A DNA stretch of 64,000 bases from Prorocentrum cordatum (Eukaryota), in assembly GCA_963575745.1 (NCBI GenBank), contig CAUYUJ010000001.1, positions 620,001-684,000 of the forward strand, in the 5' to 3' direction. This document shows positions 48,995 to 58,800 of the stretch, piece after piece; the stretch's first letter is position 1; every line of letters begins with the position of its first letter. The position numbers and the translations under genes were made by a program. The notes beneath the pieces were generated by a model. That model ran no database searches, was not told where the DNA came from, and was given only the letters and a program-made list of their open reading frames with translations.

Positions 48995-51664
48995 CAGCGG
49001 TCCTCCTGCAGGACCTCCCTGTCCAGGCGCGCCCCAGACTCGAGGGATGTCACTGGCCTCCCCACCCCGCTCTTTCGCGCGCTCGTCGGCCAGATAAGCG
49101 GAGAAGAGGCTGCCAGCAAGTGCGCCTCCCGGGACAGCCCGTGCTCCTGCGGTTTCAAAGCCGCGGTCGCCCCCGCTGGGCACCACGGCTGGTGGCGCCG
49201 TCTGTTCAGTTACTCCCCCTTCGGCGCATCCTGCGTCAAACACGAATGGCCATGCCTCGGCGCAGCGGTGGTCTCTCGGGCTGCTGAAGGAGAGATCCCC
49301 CCGCGGCACGGCACGTTCACCCTTGCGCAGCGCGCGGCGCTCGCCAGCGGTACCTGGGCCAAACCCGTCGCCAAAATGCGGGACCGTGCCATGACCCTCC
49401 AGCTTGCTTCGCCGTCCCCATCTCGGTCCGCCGCCGCGTGGAACGCCCACCTTGCCTCCCTCATCCCTTACCCAGCACGCTACATGGCCCCCGACGCGCC
49501 CCAGGAGCGCACGCTGAAGTCACAGCTAAGAGTGGCCTTCGGCCTTTCGGCCAGCTCCTGGGCACCCGACTGCGTCTCTGCAGGCCTCGGCATCCCGTTC
49601 CAGGTCCCTGGGTGCCCACGCTGCCCCGCTGTCCGCGCCCGCGCCATCGCAGCTCGCGCCAGCGCTCCACACGACGTCTGGGGACCTGCCCCTGCGCGGA
49701 AAAGGGCAGCCACACGGTGGAAGAAGCTCTGCGATTGGGCCGCCCGTACCCCGCATGACGTTCCCAACCCGCGCCCAGGCTCCAAGGTGCTCGCGTGCCA
49801 CAAGACCGCTCTTTTACTGCATCGGGCGAGGAACCCTCCGGGTCGGCCCGCAGGAACATGCTTTGGAAGGGTGGTCTACGCCGCCGCCTGGGGCCAGATG
49901 TACGGGGGCGCAGTCGCTGCCTGGATGCAGGGCGCCAGCGCCCGCAGAAGATGGGCCCCTGGCACCAACGAGGAGTGGAACCTACTACGCTACTGCACCT
50001 CTTTCACCGAAGCCCACCACGTCCTACGCTTCATCGTGAACGGGATGCCCGGGTCTGCCCGCTGGAGGGCCGCTGAAGACCGTCTGCCCTATACCTGCCA
50101 CAGGTGCGGCGGGGCTGCCCTGAGGGTGTGGTACACTCAGAGCCCAACCGCTGTCGGACACGCTTGGTGCTCCCCATGCCTGGGCCCCTGGGACCAGTCC
50201 CTCGCCCTTTGGTCTGCCATGGACCCTTCCCTCCTCCTCCCAGCACTCTGCCTGGCTGCGCTGCGCGCCCGGGGGGCGCGTCCTATCCTCGACACCCCGA
50301 CCGCGGGTGGGGCCTACGGCGCGTGCCCCCGATGCGGCCTCGGAGAGGCTACCACGGAACACCTTTGGTCTTGGTGCCAAGCCGTCGCACTCGCTTGGCT
50401 CCCCGCCAAGGCCAGCGAACACCCCGCCGACATTGGCACTGCCATACTCACCGACGGCGCCCATGAAGGGCTCGCTGCCCGCATCATTCACCAAGCCTCC
50501 TACCAGTGCTGCGTGGGCCTCGACGACTCTCCCCTTGACCCCACCGACGCAGCGCGCCTCCTCATACAGGGCCTTTTCTGTTGCGGACGCCGACCTGCAC
50601 AGCGATGAGGAGGCGGAAGAGGAGACCCCCGCCCAGGAACCTCAGCGGTACCGCGAAACGGCCGTCTGGGCCCCACCAACCGCATGCTGCATGGAATGCA
50701 ACCCCACCCACCCTGCGGCTGGTGCGGTACAGGGCGCTGCCCAGTACGGACCGCCGACCGGGCCGGCGGGGGCTCAAGACGATTCCCTGTCGCCGCCAGG
50801 CGGGCCCCTGCAGGCGCCCGCCTTGCATCCCTGCAGGCGGATGACCCACGGGCAGGCTGGCTTCTCCCAGGACGTGGGTGGTTCCCCTGCCCTTGTCCCT
50901 TTCGGCAGCCCTCCGCTCAATGGATTATGAGATATTGCACCACTTGCAACGCCCACACCCTCTCACTTACCGCTGCGCACGACCTTGCGCAGGGGGACGA
51001 GATCACGCTGGACCGCGCCCTCTTCCCCTCCGCCGAAGCCGCCTGCTGGCCATATGAGATCACCTTCGATGTTGGCGCCCGGTCGATCGATGGCGACCAG
51101 AGAGTCTCTGGCGCCGGAGCCCTGTTCTGGCACCACAACCCCCGACACGCCGCCCCCCAGCTGGCGGCCATGTCAGTCTTGGCCCTGCTGCGACGACGGC
51201 CAAACGGCAGAGGCCGCCTGCTGCAGGGCAGGCCTTGCCTTGCTCCCGCACGTCCCCGGGCCGATCCGGTCCGCTCGGGTGGTCGGAGACAACCTTGCCG
51301 CCATCAGGTACGGCGCAGGCACGGGCAGGTACCGCGGGCTCCACCTGCGCCAGCAAATGGACATGGCCCTTCGCCAAGCCAGCGAAGCCTGCTGGACACT
51401 CACCTGGCAGGCCGTGCGTAGACGACTCAACCAGGCGGCTGACCGCATCGCGACACTAGGGGTCTATTGGGCCGCAGCCCTACGGAGGGAAGGGAGTACC
51501 CGCCTCACCTGCCACACAGTCTGGCTTAACCTCCCCTCTCCCTCCCCGCCCCTCTTCCCCCCTCTGGCGGTCTCTTCGATCCCGACGCAGTTGCGTTTGC
51601 CACCGAGCGGTTGGAAAATGCGCGTTCTCTCTCCCCCCCCCGCGTACGATCCGGGGCGCTCTAA
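48995..51664 (+). pseudogene. 5'-truncated LINE ORF2 remnant: end of RT/thumb, CCHC knuckle, SET-like segment, RNase H
   Basis: WPCLG (49247) then TWAKPVAKMRDRA...AWNAHLASLIPYPA, which parallels ARCLG...QWRGPAVKWWGRV...TVLGYVGQ of the first LINE. CPRCGLGEATTEHLWSWC (50324). RNase H FDVGAR...GAGA (51065), AEA, VVGDN (51279), WQAVRRRLNQAAD (51429). Frameshifted. Confidence 0.85.
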
Positions 51665-53472
51665 GGCATTTGTGCGGGCGCCCGGCTCCTCACCATGGTC
51701 AGGAACCACCAGGGGCCCGTGGCCAGCTGGCCTAGCTGCTACAGCTACGAACCCGGGCCTCCCCTGGCCCCGGGGTCCACGGACGTTCACCTCTTCCAGG
51801 CCCGCCTCTGCCCGTGGGTGCGGTGGGTCTACTTCAACGGGCGCTGGTGCTTCTACTGCGAGCCGCGCCAAAAGGAAGTGTACGACAAGGACCACTTCAC
51901 CAGCCCTACCCACCTCCACGAGCTCGTGCGCCACCGGGGCGAAGGATGGTCCCACCCCAAGACCTACACATGCGAAGGCAACCTCTGGACCCGCCTGGCT
52001 GGCGGAACCAAAGACAAGGTCTCAGGGCAGATCGCTGAGCGCTTGCACTGGCCAGGCTGGAAGCTCCCGGAAGCCACGACTGTGGATGGCACTCGGCAAC
52101 TCAGGAACACCTGCTTCCCCGGCGACTGGGCCCACATCCCTACCAGCTACCCGCTGTCCATGATGGACTGGGACTACGCGTGCCCCCCCCGGCGCCGTGG
52201 TCGACCCCGCTGCGGCCCGGATCCCCAGCTTCGCTTCCCCCTGGCGCGACGACAGCGACCCGTCTCCGTCCGAGGACGTCCGTGCCATGACCGACGGCGC
52301 CGACCGGACTCGCAAGCCGCCGGCCACCCCCTGGCAGCGACCACTCGGCGCGGTCCCTGCCCTCCAGCCGCAGGGTACTCCCGCTAACCGACCCAAGTCC
52401 CCCGCTGGGCTCGCCGCCCCCCCGCCCAGGGGTGCGGCGCGGGCGCGTAGCCGCCCTTCCTTCAGCCCCAGGCCCCAGGGCGGGGACCCGCGCTCAGTCA
52501 TCTCTCAACTCCCCCCAGCTCGCCGCCGCGCTCGAAATCCAACAGCTGTTCGAGCACCCCGCATCACATCCCGCGGCCCGGATGCTCGCCAGGGTTCCCA
52601 TCTGTCGCATCCCGGGCACTGTCAACCTGCCCCCGGAGTGGCCCTGCGCCCTGAGAGACCGAGGCGCTCGCCTACAGCGCCTCCAGTGGATTGAGAGCAG
52701 AGCCCCCCTTGAACCCCGTGACGATGGGTCTGAACGGGCACGCAGTGAACTCCGGCGAAAGCAATCCGTCGCAGTGAACGCGGCAGTCACTGAGGTGGTG
52801 CAGCGCACGCGCCTGGGCGACCTTGACAAGCTTAAGGTCCACGAGAAGCTAAGGCCCAACGACAAGAGGACATGCTACCGCCTCGACTGGCCCCAAACCT
52901 ACCGCCTCCGGCACAGGAAGACAGACGGCCCCTGTTCGGGGCGTGTTGCCATCTCCCTGCGCGGCCCATCTTCCGACCATCTCGGCGAGATGGACGTGGT
53001 CTGGCCGGGCCTTCAAGAGCTTGGGCAAACGCTCTGCTTCGCTGAGTGCACGCGACTGCACCTCAACAAGGGAACCATATACCCCTCCAACACTTGCTCC
53101 GTGCAGTACAACCTCGAGAAGTTCGGCCCTTTCCACTTGGGGCGGTCGCAGGCGCCCCCCGTGGGCAAGGCGTCCGACCCCACGTGCCAAGTCGACAAGG
53201 CCCCGTCCGAGCCACAGTATTGGAAGCTCCACCACGCCATCGCGGAAATCTACATGCGCAGCTACGAACCGCAGGACCTCCTCGGCGTCCCCATTCCTGC
53301 CCTCGCGTTCACCCCGGAGTTCAGGAGCGCTGAGGTCGCCGACGAGCAGGCCGCCAACAAGGTGCAGCTCGGCCGCGACATCGGCATGGCACTCCGCCGT
53401 CGTGCAGCCCCCACTCTCAACGCTGCCATTCTGGATCCTGACACCGCCGACACGGCCTACCCCAGCATGGAG

Positions 53473-53663
53473 GGGTACCCCAGAGTTCGTAATAAAGGGA
53501 GGGGGGTCTCATTTCGGGGGGGGGGTCTCTTCCAGGCTATCTTGGAGGGCCTGGGGGGTCCGGGGACGATGTCTTGGAGGGCTCTCCCGCGGGGGAGGTC
53601 TGAAATGCCTTGTCTGGAAGGGTCCAGACCCCCTCCCTTTTTATTGCGAAATCTGGGGTACCC
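53473..53663. mobile_element. 191-bp MITE with ~38-bp TIRs and AG 2-bp TSD, inserted in the helicase ORF
   Basis: ag|GGGTACCCCAGAGTTCGTAATAAAGGGAGGGGGGTCT ... AGACCCCCTCCCTTTTTATTGCGAAATCTGGGGTACCC|ag. Removing it gives an open frame YPSME-FDVAALHAAR. Confidence 0.88.
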
Positions 53664-53968
53664 AGTTTGACGTGGCAGCACTGCACGCAGCTCGAACGCC
53701 CCGAGGCTGCTGGCCCCGCGCCGCCCCGCGGACACGCTGCCTGGGCGACCTCGGCGGTGAGACCTGCCAACCCCCTTCGGGGCCACCAGGCACGCGCAGT
53801 CGTCCCCCCTCCACACAGATGTCGCGTTGACCGACCACTTGGACGGACGACATCGACGATGACGCCGGGCAGGCTTTCCACAGCGTACCCGGCGCGCCCC
53901 GGTTCCGCTCCCCTGCTCGACCGCGCAGCCGCCGCGCACGGCCTCGACGACCTCTCCAGGCTGGTGCC

Positions 53969-54104
53969 CTCCTCCTCCTCCTCCTCCTCCTCCTCCTCCT
54001 CCTCTTCCTCCTCCTCCTCCTCCTCCTCCTCTTTCTCCTCCCCCTCCTCCTCCTCCTCCTCCTCCTCCTCCCCCTCCTCCTCCTCTTCCTCCTCCTCCTC
54101 CTCC
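53969..54104. repeat. (TCC)n tract of about 45 units inside the helicase ORF
   Basis: Direct inspection. Confidence 0.95.
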
Positions 54105-54127
54105 TGGACTCGCGCGTCCAGGCCGTC

Positions 54128-55830
54128 TTGAGCCAGACTTCGGTTTACCGTCCACTCCACGCGTGTAACTCTCGCCACCTCGCGTTGGTACACGTGCCGC
54201 CCGGCTCTGGGAAGACGACCACCATCGTGGCCCTGGTCTCGGCGTGGGCCCCCACCTTTCGCAGCGGCCAAACCGTGGGGGTCTCCTCGGGTGTCAACGC
54301 CGCTGCCGGCCAGCCCCTTAAAGCCTTCTTCGCCGCCGAGGAGAAGGGTCTGCTCGAGGACAGCATCGGCTTCCCCCGCGCCGTTGTTCGGCTCGCCCGC
54401 CGGGAGAAAGTCGATCGGGATCTGGTCCACCTCGCCCCAGAACGAAACTACCGCCCCCATGCGGGGCGTGCCCCCCTGCGCGCGGTGACAACACCGTGTT
54501 CAACTCCTACAAGAAGCAGCTGCTTCAACGAGCAGGCGCAGTCTTCGCAGCGCACGAAGCCGCCGCCGAGCTTGGCGGCACGGCCCCCCTCTGCCTCCCA
54601 CTGGGAGTGATCGACGAAGTTGGCCAAACGAACGAGGGGGGCACAGCCATGTCCCTGGTCCGCATCATACGCAGCGGTGGCCACCTCGCGCTTGTTGGCG
54701 ACCCCCAGCAGTTCCCCCCCACCGTCATGTCCAGGAAGGCAGCGGACATGGGCCTCGCCCCGTCTATCTTCCAGCGGCTCCACGACTCGCTTTGGGGCCA
54801 GACTGGAGATCAGAGGGGTGCCTGCATTGCCCTGCGCTGACTTGCCGCATGCACCCGTTCCTCATGTTCTTCCCCATCCAAGGCGTACTACCACAAGGCC
54901 TCCCTCACCGGGCTCACCAGCTCCCTCGCTGACCGGCCCCTGGTGCCACACCTGCCCTGGCCCACGGTGAAGGACCTCATTCCTAGGCAGCTCGAGTCCC
55001 TCGCGGGCGTCCTCGAGGTTCGTGCCGGGGACTTGAGGGACGACTGCGACGGGCTCCACCCCCACGTCCAAAACACGCACATGAACGACGCCCACCGCGC
55101 CCTGCTGGTGGATAACAAATCATATGAGCTCACGTCGCTCGTAGCAGAAGTCGATGCCTTCATTTCCGAGGCCGCCTTCACGGTCGACCTCGTGCGTACC
55201 CTCCTACCAGCACTGGAAGATGGTCTCACCGTCAAGGTCATTGTTCCCTACAGGCTGCAGAAGGGGATCCGCAGGGACGGGTGGCCGTTCAGCCCCCTCG
55301 CCCTGCAAATCGCAAGGAGAGACGACAAGAACACCGACAGGCCCGGCCCCGCCCCCCGCCCCCCCTGGCCCCCCTTGCGTCGCGTCGGATCGCGTCGCCG
55401 GGCGCCCCCGCTCGTCGCCGCCGTGACAGCGCCGACGCTCCCCCTTTCGCAGCCACCCCACAACGGAGCCGCTCACCCGCGACCTCGGTTCAGGCCTCCA
55501 CGTGCGCGGAGCGGACACGGTGCCTGGCCCCATGGACCCAGACTGCGCCCCCGAGCGGCAAGGACGGGGACATGTCTCCAGCTCTCTGCCCTCAGGTGCC
55601 GACGGCCTTCCCAAGCCTCCTCCAGGTTGCCCGCGAGCATCTTGCGTCGGGGCGGCTCACCGTATCCACGGTCGACGCCAGCCAAGGCGGCGAGGCTGAC
55701 CTGGTAATCTTCCTCACTGCGCGGTCCAACTCCAACCACGCGTGGGGGTTTGTGGACAGCCCTAACAGAGTCAACGTTGGGCTGGCACGCGCCAGGCGCG
55801 GACTCAAAGGGGACGGCCGCGTGATGGCCT
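54128..55830 (+). pseudogene. Upf1/DNA2/NAM7-like superfamily 1 helicase core
   Basis: Motif I PPGSGKTT (54197), II IDEVGQ (54613), III LVGDPQQFPPTVMS...GLAPSIFQRL, IV CRMHP (54843), VIVPYRLQ (55246), V TVDASQGGEAD (55668), RSN...GFV, VI NRVNVGLARAR (55773). Confidence 0.92.
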
Positions 55831-58800
55831 CCATGACCGACTCCAAGCCACGGCTCCTCTCCAATTGCGTGCGCGTCGCAGGCGTTTGGGTGCGTTTTCG
55901 CCCTAGCCACGGCCCCGGCGACCGCCCTGAGCTACGCGCCGACCCCTCCTTCGACCCCATCCACGACCCCGCCTGGACCGGACACCCTTGCCGCCGGCGA
56001 GGCGGCCGGGGCCGGAGTCCGGTCGACAGGGCCGTGGCCAAAAGGAGGGAGGAACACGCCAAGAGGTTCAACGCGCACTTCAGGCTGGGGATGACTTCCG
56101 CTGGGGCGACCACGGCCGCGAGATGGAGGCAGCATTGGAGAACCTCCTGACCGGCCCCGCGCTGCCCGTGGCCCTCTTCCTCGTTGCGGGGCTCCACCCC
56201 CGCAAGTGCAACTCCGAGGGAGCCCCCTCCGACCACGCGCAGTTCGATAGGGCAACCTGGAGCCACGTGGGGCGCCTGTTCGACGTCGGGATCGGACTCG
56301 ACGCGGACAACCTGGTATGCAACATAGCCTGGGCCCCCCTGGACTGGGGGGTCGGCCTGGGCACCCCCTGGGACCTCCCCCGGTGCCAGATCTGCCCCAG
56401 CGAGCTTCCCCCGCGCCCGCGCGCGCAGGGAAGAGCCGCGCGGCGACCCCAGAACAGAGGCCGCTGCGCCCCCGCGGATCTCCAACGCCAGACCCCCCAA
56501 GCATGGCCCGCCGGGACCAGACACTGCCCGCGACACCTCGTCTACCCCGGCTTCGACACCTTGACCGGCCTACTGCAGGGCCGCGACGAACCAGCCCAGC
56601 ACCGAGTCGACCTGCTCGACCCCCGCGACCACATTATGACAGCCGAGAGGGCCCGCTGTGCTCTCATCATCACGCTGCTCATGAAACGCGAGCCACGTGC
56701 GCACCTGGCCCTTCCGAGATCCCTCCGGGTCCGGAGACCCTTGAGGCCATCCTCGGGGTCTGCTGCCCTTGGCAAAACGACCACTCCCACTTTCGCGTTC
56801 GGTTCGCGGCGTGAGGGGGTCTCCCGCCTGCTGACCTCCGCCGGCTGCGCAGCCGACTCGAGTCCCTGATCGCTCTCGTGGACAAGCTTGTGGTTGTCGC
56901 TCACCAGCGCCCCGCCGCCAAATAAGCACAATGCCCAACTTGGAGAAGATCGTGAGGCCTGCCAACCTTGGCACCCTATCTCGGACAGAATGCAGCATCT
57001 GCGTCCTGCGCCGCGACCTCATAGGCAGCGACAGCGGCCTAGATCCCGACGACGCCCCCTCGGAGCTGACGTCCCTTGGCGGGGGGTTCTCTTTCGCTCA
57101 GATCCCCCTTGACAGGGCGCTGCCCCCCGCTCCACTTCCCAGCGTGACCAAGACACCCTGCTACCTGGCCCCTGGCGACGCCCGTGGGGGCCTTCCCCCT
57201 GGCGACACCCTGGCACCCTGACGACGCCCTTCCGATTCAGCCCTGATCGGAAGACGGCTAGGGGTCGGTGCGACCAATGCTTCAAAGGCACCTTCAGGCA
57301 CACCGAGGGCACGTGTCTTCACGACACCGTCCGCTCGTACCTGGCGCAGAACCGCCTGCAGGCGCACGCTAGCGGGTTAGACTGCGCATGGATGTGCGGC
57401 CAATGCTGGGTGCAAGAGGTAGAAAAGCAGGGGTGCCAAGTCCCCCCTGGGCAGGCCGTCCACGGGCAGATGCAAGCTCTCACGCTGGCCAGAAAACCCA
57501 CCGGGCCCCCTCCCGTGGATGCCTTACCCCCGACCGCCTCCCAACGCGCGCACCCGGCGCTGCCCCCCACCGTGCCCCCTGGTGTCCTCGAGGAATTCTT
57601 GTTGGGGCCGGCGGGCCTCCAGGTGCTTAGGACTGCAAACACCGCCCGACCGCCTACCTGGCCGGAGGGCGACAGATTCGGTTGCACAGCATCGGAGACC
57701 GGTCGCCGCGCTGCGACGTGCGACGGCTGCCCCCCCGGAGCCCCTGTTCTCGTCTGGCAGGCCGGAACCCTAGCGTTCGGTTGGTGTTTCATGGATGTGC
57801 GTGACGCGGGCGCCGGAGGACTCCCCACATTGGGGGGTCGCGTTGTGGCCTGGCATAACCGCAGGTGGGATGCAGCGTGGATGCGCCGCCGGTGCCTCGT
57901 CCACGCATGGGGCGACCGACCCAGCATTGTCGAGGTGCTCCTCGACCGCGACGCCCACCTGATTTACCTTGGCCCTCCCAGTTCGAAGCCGCGCACCGCC
58001 CCCCTGTGCCGGGCGAGCCATCGTTGGCCCACGCACTAGCACCCAACCGCGCCTCTGCAACGAGGCCAGACGCTTTCAGCAAGAGTGGCCTTCACCTCAC
58101 CCTCTTTCCCCCCGACCAATACGGGGGGCCCCCCACAATGCGCGGTGCCGTGGAGATTCGCAACCTTCGTCCCCGCGCTGATCCCCCCAACGGCCTTGCG
58201 CTGGCACGCGTCGGCATCGACGACCTGCAGGCCGCCGCCGAAGACGGACACAACCGCCCGGATGTGAAGCCCATCGAGGCTTGGATGGTCGACTTCCTAC
58301 GCGACCTGGACCCAACCCTGGGCGACCTCTGGAAGGATTTTGTCGCAGTGCAAGGCGGGGGCGTCAAGGGCGCCGAGTGGCCAGACAACTGGGGGCCGTG
58401 CTCGCTCCGCCCTTTCCTAAAGAAAATCTACGGCGACAGAGCCGCGCCAGACTACCTCCCCACCGATTTTTTCTGGCACGGTAAGCGGCTCGCTGCCGCC
58501 CGCGTGGTCGCTCACCTCTGCGTCCACTCCGCTGGCGGCCCGCTGCGTGCCAAATGGCTCCAGCACGCCAACCAATGGCCCGTGCGCGGTCCTTCCCCGC
58601 CCCGCCGCGCGCTGGGGCGCCCATGTGGGGTTCCTGAGTCAGGTCAGCCCCGACTTGCTTGCCTCTGGGTCGTTCTGCGAGTTGGCCAAGGACTGTCCTT
58701 TCGAACACGCGCAGGAACTACGCAGGCAGCTCGAGAACACCCTCACCAGGGGGCACAGCGACAACGAGTGGTTGAAGCAAATCAGCGACGAGCGAAGGGT

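Noticed and set aside
54127..54135. Partial SL matches (CTTGAGCCA here and at about 62327; GGCTCAAG at 50771)
   Set aside because: Only 8-9 nt, expected by chance, and lying inside coding or repeat sequence.
54128..55830. Functional host UPF1 gene or Helitron helicase
   Set aside because: Frameshifts, a stop and insertions are present, and there is no Upf1 CH domain. The motifs are Upf1-like rather than Pif1-like, and no Rep domain is seen.
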